Shown here piece by piece: positions 54,221-64,000 of a DNA stretch of 64,000 bases. The position numbers and the translations under genes are program-made. This DNA is from Candidatus Aminicenantes bacterium (lineage in GTDB: Bacteria > Acidobacteriota > Aminicenantia > Aminicenantales > Aminicenantaceae), in contig DRHQ01000161.1 in NCBI GenBank assembly GCA_011049545.1, positions 17,032 through 81,031 of the forward strand, given 5' to 3'. Within the stretch, counting starts at the first letter, position 1. Each line of letters begins with the position of its first letter. Under the pieces are notes generated by a model, which was given only the letters and a program-made list of their open reading frames with translations, was not told the origin of the DNA and did not search any database.

Positions 54221-55609
54221 GTGGTAAAACGCGTTTACAAAAAGCTCAATAACATTCACATGGTCGGCATCGGAGGCACGGGCATGAGCGGTATAGCAGA
54301 GGTGCTCTTGAACATGGATTACAATATCTCAGGAACAGATATTGAGGAGAGCGACGTTACTCAACGCCTCGCTCGCTTTGGAGCAAAGATATCTATCGGT
54401 CATAGCGCAGAAAAAGTGGAGGGGGCTGATGTAGTTGTTATCTCTTCGGCCATAAAAAAGAACAATGTCGAAGTCGAAGAAGCAAGGCACCGCAAAATAC
54501 CTGTTATTCCCAGGGCAGAAATGCTGGCAGAGTTGATGCGGATGAAGTATGGAATTGCTGTAGCAGGATCCCACGGCAAAACATCTGCTACCTCGATGAT
54601 TGCTCAGGTCCTCGAAACGGGCGGCTTTGACCCGACCATTATCGTCGGCGGCCGTCTGAGCACAATCGGCTCCCACGGAAAACTGGGAAGTGGGGATTTC
54701 ATCGTAGCCGAAGCAGATGAAAGCGACAGATCATTCCTCTATTTATCTCCTTTTATCGCTGTGCTTACTAATCTGGATGAGGAACATTTAGATCAATACA
54801 CGACAGTGGATGAGGTCAAAAAAGCATTTATCAATTTTGCCAACAAAGTTCCGTTTTATTGCCCTATAATTCTCTGCTTTGACGACTCAAATCTCAAAAA
54901 TTTGATTCCCTCGCTTGATCGGAGAATAATCAACTATGGATTCTCTCCCTACGCCGATATTTATGCCAGATACAGACACTTTGATAACTTCTCGACCACT
55001 TCTACACTCTACTGGAAGGGCAAGGAATTGGGGAAGCTGAGGCTCAACGTCCCCGGGAATCACAATATTTACAATGCAATGGCAGCCGTGGCTGTCGGGT
55101 TGGATTTAGATATCCCCCCGCGCCTTATCCTGCAGGCTTTAGAAAATTTTAAAGGCACCGGCCGCCGTTTTGAATTAAAGAAAATAGTTCAGGATATCAT
55201 GATCGTCGATGACTATGCCCATCACCCAACAGAAATAATGGCCACTTTAGAGGCGGCGAAGAGAGGCTGGAAACGAAGGCGTGTTGTAGTCTTCCAGCCA
55301 CATCGCTTCAGCCGCCTCTCTCTTCTCATGGAAAGCTTTGCTGCAGCCTTCACCGACGCAGATGTTCTCATCACTACAGAAATATACGCGGCAGGAGAAA
55401 AATCCATTGCCGGCGTCTCCGGCAGAGTTCTTTATCAGGAAATTAAACAGTCCGGGCATAAAAATGTTTATTTTGAACATAATATGAAAAATATCCCCCC
55501 ACTCGTAGGCAAAGTTGCTCAGAGCGGGGATTTAATTCTTGTCCTGGGAGCAGGAAACATCTACAAGATTATTCCGGATATCATAAAAATCCTGGAGGGA
55601 AGAGGATAA
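54221..55609 (+). CDS. murC: UDP-N-acetylmuramate:L-alanine ligase
   Basis: GIGGTGMSGIA and GSHGKTS motifs. GTG start with AAAGGAG SD. Confidence 0.95.
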   Translation: MVKRVYKKLNNIHMVGIGGTGMSGIAEVLLNMDYNISGTDIEESDVTQRLARFGAKISIGHSAEKVEGADVVVISSAIKKNNVEVEEARHRKIPVIPRAEMLAELMRMKYGIAVAGSHGKTSATSMIAQVLETGGFDPTIIVGGRLSTIGSHGKLGSGDFIVAEADESDRSFLYLSPFIAVLTNLDEEHLDQYTTVDEVKKAFINFANKVPFYCPIILCFDDSNLKNLIPSLDRRIINYGFSPYADIYARYRHFDNFSTTSTLYWKGKELGKLRLNVPGNHNIYNAMAAVAVGLDLDIPPRLILQALENFKGTGRRFELKKIVQDIMIVDDYAHHPTEIMATLEAAKRGWKRRRVVVFQPHRFSRLSLLMESFAAAFTDADVLITTEIYAAGEKSIAGVSGRVLYQEIKQSGHKNVYFEHNMKNIPPLVGKVAQSGDLILVLGAGNIYKIIPDIIKILEGRG

Positions 55610-55611
55610 CA

Positions 55612-56481
55612 GTGGCTTCTTACCTTAATCCGCCTTTGAAGACAAGAGCAGGGCCCTTCTTTTCCCAGCATATGCAGTTCCAGCGAAAAGAAGGGAAAAC
55701 AAAGACAAAAAAAGCCCAGAAAAAAGCGAAGCTCAAATTCTGGCACATCTTTTTCTATCTCCTTCTTATAGGCGGAATTTTCTATTTCGTCCAGAAATCT
55801 TATCTTTTCCTGATTTCATGGGATAATCTGGAAGTAGAAGATATGATAATCGTGTGCCGCAATCCTGTCGTAAAAGAAGAAATCCAACAAAATTTAGAGA
55901 ATATAAACTGGGGAAATATTCTTCTTTTAGATATCGAGCATCTTCAGGAGGCGTTGACAGCTCACAGGTGGGTTAAAGAGGTCCGTATAAGGAAAATTTT
56001 ACCTTCTACTCTAAAGATCGAAATAAAAGATAGAACGCCCCTTGCCCTGCTGAAAAGAGAAAATCTTTATCTTATTGACGAAGAAGGTATTCATCTCGAG
56101 AAGATCGAATCAATAGCAAAATTAGATCTTCCCCTTCTCGTCGATTCGAATAATTTTCAAAAAGACTATAAGGAAAAACTAAAATTAGCCTGGGAATGTC
56201 TTCGCAGCTTATCTCCTTCGGAGAAAGAGCAGCTTGAGGTTCTGGACCTTAGTGAGTACGAAAATATTACTGTTCAACTTAAAAAGAAAAAGACAAAACT
56301 AATTCTTGGCAATGATAATTTTTCTCAGAAGCTCAAAACGTTCCAAAACTACAGCGCCAAGTTAGGAAAGTTTGGATACCTCGAATATGTTGATCTCCGC
56401 TTTCCTGATCGGTTCATCATCAAACCAGAGAAAAATCCGTACAAAGCACGCATTCCCAAGCCTAAGAAGGAGGCAAACTAA
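55612..56481 (+). CDS. ftsQ: cell division protein FtsQ (POTRA domain)
   Basis: Basic N-terminus, TM helix, then a POTRA-like region. Position before ftsA. The start is uncertain (GTG 55612 or ATG 55672). Confidence 0.8.
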   Translation: MASYLNPPLKTRAGPFFSQHMQFQRKEGKTKTKKAQKKAKLKFWHIFFYLLLIGGIFYFVQKSYLFLISWDNLEVEDMIIVCRNPVVKEEIQQNLENINWGNILLLDIEHLQEALTAHRWVKEVRIRKILPSTLKIEIKDRTPLALLKRENLYLIDEEGIHLEKIESIAKLDLPLLVDSNNFQKDYKEKLKLAWECLRSLSPSEKEQLEVLDLSEYENITVQLKKKKTKLILGNDNFSQKLKTFQNYSAKLGKFGYLEYVDLRFPDRFIIKPEKNPYKARIPKPKKEAN

Positions 56482-57704
56482 TGCCTAAAAATAATTATAT
56501 TGTCGGACTTGATATAGGGACAAAAAAAACCGCAGTTATTATCAGTGAAATCGCAGAGGATAAAAAAATCGAGATTATAGGCATAGGGACAACCGACTCC
56601 AGAGGACTCAGAAAAGGAGTTGTGGTCAACTTGGAAGGCACAGTGAGTGCGATCAAAAAAGCCCAGGAAGAGGCGGAGCTAATGGCAGGAGTCGAAATAG
56701 ATTCGGCCTTTGTTGGAATTTCCGGAGCACATATAAAAAGTTTTAACAGCAGAGGAGTTGTTGCTGTCTCGGGCAAAAACAAAGAGATAACCCCGGAAGA
56801 CATCGAACGAGTTATCGACCAATCCAAGGCTGTCTCCATCCCTCCTGATAGAGAAATCATTCATATTATTCCTCAAGAATTTGTTGTTGATGAACAAGAT
56901 GGAATAAAAGACCCACTCGGCATGAGCGGAATAAAGCTCGAAGTCAATGTTCACATCGTGACCAGCGCAACGACTTCTGTTCAAAACCTGAAAACATGCA
57001 TCGAAAGAGCTGGGATTGAAATCGAGCGAATTGTTCTCAACCAGATCGCAGCGAGCAGCTCTACCCTTACACATGACGAAATGGAGCTTGGAGTGGGCAT
57101 GATCGATATGGGCGGAGGAACAACGGAAGTAGCCATTTTTGAACGAGGAAGCTTGTGGTACACATCCATAATCCCAATCGGAGGAGATAATTTCACCAAT
57201 GACATCGCTGTCGGACTCCGCACACCAATCCCTGAAGCAGAAAGGATAAAGAAGAAATTTGGCTGTGTATCCAGCCCCCCCATGGAGGAGGAAGATACTA
57301 TTGAAGTCCCTTCAGTGGGCAGGGGGAAAAAGCCCCGTATACTATCCAGACAGTTATTAGCTGATATCATTCATCCCCGGGCAGAGGAGATCTTCCGTTT
57401 GGTTGATAATGATATCAAAAGGATGGGATACGAGAAATCTCTTAATTCTGGAATAGTCCTCACAGGCGGAACAGCGCTGCTGGAAGGACTGGAAGAAGTC
57501 GCAGAGGAAATTTTTGATTTACCTGTGCGGCGCGGAGATCCAAGCGGCATAGGAGGGTTGGCAGAAAGAGTCAACACCCCGGATTATGCCGCTTCAGTTG
57601 GTCTTATCCTGTTCGGGTATGACCAGTGGAAAGAAAAATCCCTATCTAAGGATAGAAAAAGAAGTCTTTGGGTCAAATTTAAAGAGTGGCTCAAAGAGGC
57701 ATAG
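56481..57704 (+). CDS. ftsA: cell division protein FtsA
   Basis: Actin-fold motifs GLDIGT and DMGGGTT. Amphipathic C-terminus. Confidence 0.95.
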   Translation: MPKNNYIVGLDIGTKKTAVIISEIAEDKKIEIIGIGTTDSRGLRKGVVVNLEGTVSAIKKAQEEAELMAGVEIDSAFVGISGAHIKSFNSRGVVAVSGKNKEITPEDIERVIDQSKAVSIPPDREIIHIIPQEFVVDEQDGIKDPLGMSGIKLEVNVHIVTSATTSVQNLKTCIERAGIEIERIVLNQIAASSSTLTHDEMELGVGMIDMGGGTTEVAIFERGSLWYTSIIPIGGDNFTNDIAVGLRTPIPEAERIKKKFGCVSSPPMEEEDTIEVPSVGRGKKPRILSRQLLADIIHPRAEEIFRLVDNDIKRMGYEKSLNSGIVLTGGTALLEGLEEVAEEIFDLPVRRGDPSGIGGLAERVNTPDYAASVGLILFGYDQWKEKSLSKDRKRSLWVKFKEWLKEA

Positions 57705-57713
57705 GAGGTAAGA

Positions 57714-58922
57714 ATGAGTGAAGAAGTAAAAGGTAAATTAAAATTTCGCTTGGTAGAAGAACGTTATGGGGCCAAAATAAAAGTTGTTGGTATCGGTGGG
57801 GGTGGTGGAAATGCCATAAACAGAATGATCGAGGCAGGAATCGAAGGAGTGAAATTCATCACAGTCAATACAGACCTTCAGGCTCTCAACAACACCAAAG
57901 CAGGGACTCAGATCCAGATTGGGGAGCAGCTTACAAAAGGACTGGGATCCGGCGGAAGGCCGGATATCGGAAAACAAGCGGCCCTGGAAGATACGGAAAA
58001 ATTAGCCAGTATCCTTGAAGATTCAGACATGGTCTTTCTGACCGCTGGCTTAGGCGGAGGCACAGGAACAGGCGCGACTCCGGTCCTGGCAAATCTCGCC
58101 TCAGAAATGGACATTCTGGCAATTGCCATAGTAACCCTGCCCTTTCAATTTGAAGGAAAAATCAGATCTAAGCAAGCAGAAGAAGGCCTGGCGGAATTAA
58201 AAACCACTGTTGACACGGTTATTTCCATACCAAATGAAAGGCTGCTCGAGACAGTCATGCTGGATACTTCTATCCAGGATGCTTTCAAAATGGCTGACGA
58301 CATATTACGGCAGGCAGCCCAGGGAATTTCTGACCTCATCACCAAGCCCGGGCTGATCAACCTGGACTTTGCTGATGTCAAATCCATCATGAAAGGCATG
58401 GGTATGGCCTTCATGGGGACAGGATTAGCATCCGGCGAAAACAGAGCTGTAGATGCTGCCGAAAAGGCAATATCCAGTCCTCTTCTAATTGATACCTCGA
58501 TCGAGGGAGCTCAAGGAGTCCTGATCAATATAACCGGCGGGAGAGATCTCACTCTTCACGAAGTCTCTAAAGCTTCGCAGCTTATCCACAGCCAGGCTCA
58601 TCCAGAAGCCAATATCATTTTTGGCACAGTGATCGATGAAAGCATGAAAGAAACGGCTAAAGTTACTGTCATCGCCACAGGTTTTGGGCTTGCACCACGG
58701 AGGGAAATTGCACCTCATACAGACATCTCTTCCCTTTCACAAGAAGCTCCTTCCCCCACGGTTAAGAGTGATACGCCTCCTTATTTATTCGAGCCTAAGG
58801 GAAGCGAGGTTCTCTGGAACAGACCGGCCTGGGAAAAGCAATGGGAACCTTACGAAACGCCCTCTTTCATCCGAAAAAACAAACAAGCCCCTATAAGGAA
58901 AATCCCTCGTGAAATCAGCTGA
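57714..58922 (+). CDS. ftsZ: cell division GTPase FtsZ
   Basis: GIGGGGGNA and the tubulin signature GGGTGTG. C-terminal PSFIRK peptide. Confidence 0.97.
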   Translation: MSEEVKGKLKFRLVEERYGAKIKVVGIGGGGGNAINRMIEAGIEGVKFITVNTDLQALNNTKAGTQIQIGEQLTKGLGSGGRPDIGKQAALEDTEKLASILEDSDMVFLTAGLGGGTGTGATPVLANLASEMDILAIAIVTLPFQFEGKIRSKQAEEGLAELKTTVDTVISIPNERLLETVMLDTSIQDAFKMADDILRQAAQGISDLITKPGLINLDFADVKSIMKGMGMAFMGTGLASGENRAVDAAEKAISSPLLIDTSIEGAQGVLINITGGRDLTLHEVSKASQLIHSQAHPEANIIFGTVIDESMKETAKVTVIATGFGLAPRREIAPHTDISSLSQEAPSPTVKSDTPPYLFEPKGSEVLWNRPAWEKQWEPYETPSFIRKNKQAPIRKIPREIS

Positions 58923-59093
58923 CCTTGCAGTTGTAAACTATGAGCAACTTCTCGATACCGTTCCCTCCTTTTAAACATGTCATAAAGAACGGGAAAATTG
59001 TAGTCAGGGATGGGGGCATTTTGGTTCAAGAGAGAAAAGTTTGAAAGAAGAATTAAATCTCCTTCTCCTTAACCTCCTTTTTTTTTACTTGTT

Positions 59094-59171
59094 GGGGTCA
59101 GCCTTATTATTGAAGAGAAAAACCCATCAACTTCTGATTTTTCAAGCTTCATTTTGATAAGTGCTGACCCC
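59094..59171. repeat. 78-bp mini inverted-repeat element (GGGGTCAGC ... GCTGACCCC)
   Basis: The ends are GGGGTCAGCCTTATTATTGAAG and its imperfect complement CTTCATTTTGATAAGTGCTGACCCC. Confidence 0.6.
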
Positions 59172-59227
59172 ATTCTCCTCTATTCTCTTCGTACAGCCTC
59201 ATCAGCATATACTTATCAACAACACTT

Positions 59228-59452
59228 GGGGTCAGGTCTTGTTTTTTGCTTTTTGCCTTTACTCATACAAACGCCATTTATACTAATGCATTATATTGCG
59301 TACGATCCAGCTCTTTTTATAAATGGGAAGAAGAGCGTGGCAGAATCTCATACTGAGGATAGAAAATATCTATGTCATTTTCATCCTTGCAATGAAATTT
59401 CAAGGCGTTTGTATGAGATTTTTGAGAAAAGCAAAAAACAAGACCTGACCCC
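59228..59452. mobile_element. 225-bp MITE/REPIN-like element with the 22-bp GGGGTCAGGTCTTGTTTTTTGC TIRs
   Basis: Perfect TIRs at 59228-59249 and 59431-59452. A second nested inverted repeat CTCATACAAACGCC / GGCGTTTGTATGAG. The core is unrelated to the 134-bp elements. Confidence 0.8.
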
Positions 59453-59478
59453 ATCATATGACAAGGCAAGGACAAAGT

Positions 59479-59507
59479 TTGACATTCATTTATTACTGCT
59501 GTATAAA
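59479..59507 (+). promoter_or_regulatory. sigma70-type promoter for the aminotransferase gene
   Basis: TTGACA (59479-59484), 17-nt spacer, TATAAA (59502-59507). AAAGGAG SD before ATG 59611. Confidence 0.45.
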
Positions 59508-59610
59508 TCTGAAACATGTCAGGGGCTGAAATCCAAGCAAAATAACAAAAAGATTTATTGGATTAATCCCCATTCTCCCAATAATATTTGCTTAAAAAGG
59601 AGTAAGACTC

Positions 59611-60756
59611 ATGGCAAACCTAAAAATATCCCGGAGAAATTTCATCGGAAGCATTGCAGCCAGTGCTGCAGTCCTTCCCCTGAGCAGTTATTCCTGGGCT
59701 CACCCTTCAAAAATAGCCCTTGCCTCTGAGAAAAAGATTGACTGGGGTTATCCTGAAGGAGCTATTCGACTGAATGCAAACGAAAACCCGTATGGCCCTT
59801 CTCTAAGCACCATAAAAGCTATGGAAAAAGGCCTCGCTGAGGGTCACCGTTACACCCGGGCCACCCAGCTTACAAAAGAATTGGCCTCCTACCATGGAAT
59901 CTCCACAGATATGATCCTTGCAGGCTGTGGCTCTACAGAATTCTTAAGAATAGCTCCCTGGGCATTCCTCCGTGATGGCGGTGAACTGGTAACAACCCTG
60001 CAAACATTTAAAACTTTACCCAGGGAAGCAAAAAAGATAGGGGCAAAGGTCAACGAGATTCCCCTCGACAAGAATTTCTATTTTGACCTCCAATCCTTAA
60101 AAAAAGCTCTGACTCCGAAGACAAAAATGGTTTACCTCGTTAACCCGAACAATCCTACTGGCACTCGCCACGACTTCGAGGCAATTCGAAACTTCTGTGC
60201 ATCCCTTCCTAAGTCGATAATTGTCTTCATCGATGAAGCCTATTCGCACTTCCTCGAAGATAAGCAGGGAAGGGATGGGCTAACCCTGATCAAGAAGGGA
60301 TACAACGTGCTAGTCAGCCGAACCTTTTCAAAGGTCTATGGACTGGCAGGGATGCGCCTGGGCTACGCCATCGCCGATCCATCAATCATCAAAGAACTCA
60401 GGGCATTCGGCTTCAGGAACTTGGGGATTAACCAGGCAGTCTTTGCCGGGGGCCTTGCCTCACTTGAAGATGAAAAACACGTCCAGAAATACAAGAAGCT
60501 TGTCAACGAGGGCCTGGAATATTTCTATCATCAGTTTGATTCCATGGGCTTAAAATACATCCCCAGCACAACCCCCTTCTTAATGGTCAAGGTGAATATG
60601 GCGTCTAAGGTAGCTATAAAAAAACTGGCCTCAAAAAATGTTTTTGTTCGCAAAGGTGAAGACTGGCAGATGCCCAGCTATCTGCGCATAACCATGGGCT
60701 TCCCCGAAGAAAACAAAGCGTGCATCTCCGCCCTTAAAAAAGTTTTGAATTTGTAA
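59611..60756 (+). CDS. class I/II PLP-dependent aminotransferase (HisC-like) with Tat signal
   Basis: 381 aa. SRRNFIGS twin-arginine motif. NENPYGPS and SRTFSKVYGLAGMRLGY (PLP lysine). Confidence 0.8.
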   Translation: MANLKISRRNFIGSIAASAAVLPLSSYSWAHPSKIALASEKKIDWGYPEGAIRLNANENPYGPSLSTIKAMEKGLAEGHRYTRATQLTKELASYHGISTDMILAGCGSTEFLRIAPWAFLRDGGELVTTLQTFKTLPREAKKIGAKVNEIPLDKNFYFDLQSLKKALTPKTKMVYLVNPNNPTGTRHDFEAIRNFCASLPKSIIVFIDEAYSHFLEDKQGRDGLTLIKKGYNVLVSRTFSKVYGLAGMRLGYAIADPSIIKELRAFGFRNLGINQAVFAGGLASLEDEKHVQKYKKLVNEGLEYFYHQFDSMGLKYIPSTTPFLMVKVNMASKVAIKKLASKNVFVRKGEDWQMPSYLRITMGFPEENKACISALKKVLNL

Positions 60757-60789
60757 AGATTAAAGATTGAAAAAATTAAATCTCCAATT

Positions 60790-61848
60790 GGGGTCAGGTC
60801 TTGTTTTTTGCAATGGGTGCAATAGGGATCATACAATAGGGATCAGGCATTGTTTTTTGCCTTTTTTGCGATTTTACCTACGCAAGAATAATGCAATCCT
60901 ACAAACTTACCTACATCTTCTAAGCTATACCTCCACCGGTTAATGGCGATTGCAATGCCTTCATCCCGTTCTTTCCCAGTAAATATGTCTTTCAGATTCA
61001 GCTTACTAACATACTTCTCCCTTTTAGCAATTTCTTCACAATCTATAATTTTGTTTTTTTCCATCACACTCTTTACAAACTTTTCTCCGCCTAAAATAAA
61101 TCCTCCATGCGCCTCTTTGAATGGACTTTCTTTCCCTATTCCTTCTCTAACATATGTCATGTATCCTTTTTGGGCATCGGCTAAAGAGTTGGAAAAAAAC
61201 GATAGGATTAAATCCGGATATAAATATATGTAACGCTTTCTATCTTCAAAGGTTTTTCTGTATGAAGAATATTCCCATTCTAAAGGGTCATGAACAATCC
61301 CAGCTCGAACTGGATTAAGAACAATATAGCGACAAACTTCTAAAAGATAGCTCTCTTTTTCTATCAGATAAGCTTTGAATCTTCCTTGAAAGAGATGTCC
61401 AATTCTCCCATGTTTCTTATTGAAACTTTGAGTATAAACACCATTTAATTGTCTCATCCCCGCTGATAAATTTTTCAGAGGAGTCTCAATAACCAGATGA
61501 TAATGATTACCCATCAAACAATAAGCGTGCACAATCCATCTATACTTTTCTGCCACAGATTCTAAGATCTTAATAAACCTATTTCTATCAACATCATTTG
61601 TAAATATATCTTTCTTTTCATTACCCCTTGCAGTTATATGATAAAATGCTCCCTCATATTGGATTCTTAAAGGTCTCGCCATTTTAAAATATCAAGAACT
61701 TAGAACTAAAACAGATTCTATTATCTATGATCTATGAGAATGACGAGGTTTATAACGAAAATTGCTCAAATCTTCTTTAATTTCTGCTGGAAACAAAATT
61801 GATTCTAAAACCAATATTTAATAAATGCAAAAAACAAGACCTGACCCC
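60790..61848 (-). mobile_element. RAYT-bearing element bracketed by 22-bp inverted repeats (REPtron-like)
   Basis: GGGGTCAGGTCTTGTTTTTTGC at 60790-60811 and its exact complement at 61827-61848 flank the Y1 transposase gene. Confidence 0.8.
60843..61682 (-). CDS. REP-associated tyrosine transposase (RAYT / IS200-like Y1 HUH) with C-terminal HTH
   Basis: 279 aa. HUH motif in GNHYHLVIE and catalytic Tyr region CRYIVLNPVRAG. The C-terminal region (..VGKFVGLHYSCVGKI..) looks like a DnaA-type HTH. Confidence 0.85.
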   Translation of the reverse strand: MARPLRIQYEGAFYHITARGNEKKDIFTNDVDRNRFIKILESVAEKYRWIVHAYCLMGNHYHLVIETPLKNLSAGMRQLNGVYTQSFNKKHGRIGHLFQGRFKAYLIEKESYLLEVCRYIVLNPVRAGIVHDPLEWEYSSYRKTFEDRKRYIYLYPDLILSFFSNSLADAQKGYMTYVREGIGKESPFKEAHGGFILGGEKFVKSVMEKNKIIDCEEIAKREKYVSKLNLKDIFTGKERDEGIAIAINRWRYSLEDVGKFVGLHYSCVGKIAKKAKNNA

Positions 61849-61894
61849 AAATCAATATTTGACCCCCAAATCATGTTCCTGAGTTTAAGAGCGC

Positions 61895-63019
61895 CTAATA
61901 TGTCACTCTATAGATTATGGCGTCTCGATGACCGGTTATAACCTTAAAATAGTCATTTAACAGTCGATCAGTTGCTTTATCCCCTGTATCGACTAATAAG
62001 GGACGACCATACAGTGAATTTATTTTATGCTTTGTCGCTACTATGATTATATTATCCTTTCCAACTTGCTTAATAACTTCCGGGCTTATTTGCTGATTTC
62101 CTCTTCCGAATAGATAGCCCTGGCCGCCGATTGGTGTAATAATCAGTTTAGTTTTTTTCCCTTTAATTTTCTCGAGTAAATCTGACTCATTCAAATCTTT
62201 CCCCACAAGCTTTTTCTTAAGAATAACGTCTATTCCTAACAAGGTATCACTTAAATTGAGCTTTTCCATTATTGACCTGGTAGTGGTTCCGGGTCCGACG
62301 ATATAATAAAACTCATCGGACATATTTTCTGTAACGTCATGCGCGATGGCTTCCTGAGAATATTGTTCACTGACAGGACTCCCTGCTTTTACTCTCTGAA
62401 GGTATCTTCTTTCAAAGGGTATTTTTAAATACCCGTATAATTTAGCTTGTAACCTTCCTTTTCTATAATCTTCTTCGTCGATATCCATCACTTCAGCATC
62501 CAGGATATTTTTTGCCTTGCCCTGAAGGAATAAAAGGGCCAACTCCCCTGCCCTCATCGGATTACAGGCATACACAGCAGAATGAATCTTAACCCCTGTA
62601 GGTATTCCTAAAACTACCATTGAATCGCCAACAGCAGTGTATATATCCCTTGCCGTTCCATCCCCTCCGGCAAAAAGCAGTAAATCTACTTTCAAATCCA
62701 GCATTTCTTTGGCCGCTTTTCTGGTATCGGAAGCAGTTGTCGTGGGGTCTGTTATGGTTCCGATGATATTAGGAGAAAAGCCACACCGAATGGCTGCTTT
62801 TTCTCCCATTTTATCGGGATAGGTTATTAATTCTATATCATCTTTGAGTGGCTTAAGTTTTTCGAGGACTTCTACTGTACGGTTCTGAGATTGAGGTGTT
62901 GCGCCGAGCTCTATAGCCTTTTCCAGAATATCTAAACCATCTGTTCCCTTCAGACCAACGCGCCCCCCCATTCCAGCGATAGGATTGACGATCAGCCCTA
63001 ATTTTTTCAAATGCGACAA
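61895..63019 (-). CDS. ATP-NAD kinase family protein (COG3199-like)
   Basis: 374 aa. The N-terminal [21 protein letters not shown] and GGDGT motifs are typical of this family. Confidence 0.75.
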   Translation of the reverse strand: MSHLKKLGLIVNPIAGMGGRVGLKGTDGLDILEKAIELGATPQSQNRTVEVLEKLKPLKDDIELITYPDKMGEKAAIRCGFSPNIIGTITDPTTTASDTRKAAKEMLDLKVDLLLFAGGDGTARDIYTAVGDSMVVLGIPTGVKIHSAVYACNPMRAGELALLFLQGKAKNILDAEVMDIDEEDYRKGRLQAKLYGYLKIPFERRYLQRVKAGSPVSEQYSQEAIAHDVTENMSDEFYYIVGPGTTTRSIMEKLNLSDTLLGIDVILKKKLVGKDLNESDLLEKIKGKKTKLIITPIGGQGYLFGRGNQQISPEVIKQVGKDNIIIVATKHKINSLYGRPLLVDTGDKATDRLLNDYFKVITGHRDAIIYRVTY

Positions 63020-63026
63020 ACCCCTG

Positions 63027-64000
63027 TTATTTTTCCTTGTGTTTTTTTAGGTAAGCCCTCCAGGTTATAGCCCACTTTTCAGGATCATCTAAAGTGCTGT
63101 GATCAATTTTGTGGACAACACTGTTGTAAGGCGCGTTTTTCACTTTTTCAGGATCCTTGTATGCCTCTTCAACGATTTTCTCCAGACCGGCGATATATTC
63201 ATCAATCTCGTCCTTGGAGTAGGATTCAGTCGGCTCAATCGTGAAGGGTTCTGGAACTATAAAAGGATGATGGCTTGACCATAGATGGAAACCAAAATCA
63301 GCCATCCTGTAGGCCACATCTTCTGTGGTTACTCCTGTTTCTTTGGTGAGTGTTTCCCAGCTATACCTAACCTGTTCTATACGATGTCTTCCTCTGGCAT
63401 AAGGCGCACTGGCGCCTTTTATCTTCTTTATCTTCTCTAAGATATAGTTATTGTTTAATACAGCAACGTTTGCAGCTTCTTTGAGTCCTTCAGCTCCCAA
63501 GCTCATAACCCATGAATATGCTCTTAAAACAGCGGGGAAAACTCCGTAGAACGCTCTTACTTTACCAATAGTATGAGGAAGATCGTAGTTTAAAAAGTAT
63601 CTATCACCATCAAATTCCACTGTCGGGACTGGCAAATAGCCAATAAGCTCTTCTGTTGCACCGAGTGCTCCTGCTCCAGGCCCGCCGCAGCCATGGGGAG
63701 AAGAAAAGGTTTTGTGCAGATTAAAGAAACAAAGATCAAAACCAGCTTCATTGGCTCTTGTAATGCCTAATATTCCGTTTGCATTGGCCTGATCATATCC
63801 GCATAAACCTCCTGCCTCATGAACTATGCTAACAAACTCAGCTATTTTAGGGTTGAAAATCCCCGTATCTTCCGGATTCGTTATTAATAATCCTGCAGTA
63901 CGCTCGGAAACCGCTTTTTTCAGAGCCTCGACATCAGGCAGCCCGTCTTCATTTTGATAGAGGGTAATCACTTTATAGCCTTTTACAGCAGCAGCGGCAG
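63027..64000 (-). CDS. gcvPB: glycine dehydrogenase (decarboxylating) subunit 2, partial (5' end outside the window)
   Basis: The frame stays open to the window edge. PLP-lysine motif [17 protein letters not shown]-like ([16 protein letters not shown]). Confidence 0.9.
   Translation of the reverse strand, partial: AAAAVKGYKVITLYQNEDGLPDVEALKKAVSERTAGLLITNPEDTGIFNPKIAEFVSIVHEAGGLCGYDQANANGILGITRANEAGFDLCFFNLHKTFSSPHGCGGPGAGALGATEELIGYLPVPTVEFDGDRYFLNYDLPHTIGKVRAFYGVFPAVLRAYSWVMSLGAEGLKEAANVAVLNNNYILEKIKKIKGASAPYARGRHRIEQVRYSWETLTKETGVTTEDVAYRMADFGFHLWSSHHPFIVPEPFTIEPTESYSKDEIDEYIAGLEKIVEEAYKDPEKVKNAPYNSVVHKIDHSTLDDPEKWAITWRAYLKKHKEK

Noticed and set aside
59154-59729. 191-aa ORF spanning the intergenic region before the aminotransferase gene
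   Set aside because: It reads through the MITE-like elements and the promoter, then overlaps the start of the real aminotransferase gene in another frame. It has no SD and its composition is that of repeat DNA.

Overview
The 64-kb window comes from a diderm bacterium of mixed, mostly low-to-moderate GC. My guess is an Acidobacteria-related or candidate-phylum lineage. That guess rests on a GWxTD protein, a TonB receptor with a CarboxypepD_reg-like N-terminus and a class V FBP aldolase/phosphatase, and it cannot be verified here. The core content is a complete dcw division/cell-wall cluster (mraZ-rsmH-ftsL-ftsI-murE-murF-mraY-murD-ftsW-murG-murC-ftsQ-ftsA-ftsZ, 43.2-58.9 kb). It has a recognisable promoter and a three-box MraZ-type operator. 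The rest is dominated by secreted peptidases (M14, M28, M23), transporters (SSS, AGCS, TonB receptor, an OM/ABC/FtsX/LolA-like cluster) and Tat-exported cofactor enzymes (alanine racemase, aminotransferase, AKR). The most unusual content is in the non-coding DNA. (1) A GTAG-plus-hairpin REP-like family forms tandem arrays at three loci, and its stem shows a compensatory base-pair change. (2) A RAYT (Y1/HUH) transposase gene is bracketed by 22-bp inverted GGGGTCAGGTCTTGTTTTTTGC ends, with 134-225 bp MITE/REPIN-like derivatives elsewhere in the window. (3) A related second repeat family is piled up upstream of fbp. In addition, a very GC-rich D-aminoacylase cassette sits between 94-bp direct repeats that duplicate a host promoter, RBS and start codon. 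A decayed AT-rich island of small ORFan genes lies next to tRNA-Arg(TCG), together with integrase remnants. All functional calls come from motif recognition by eye; no searches were run.
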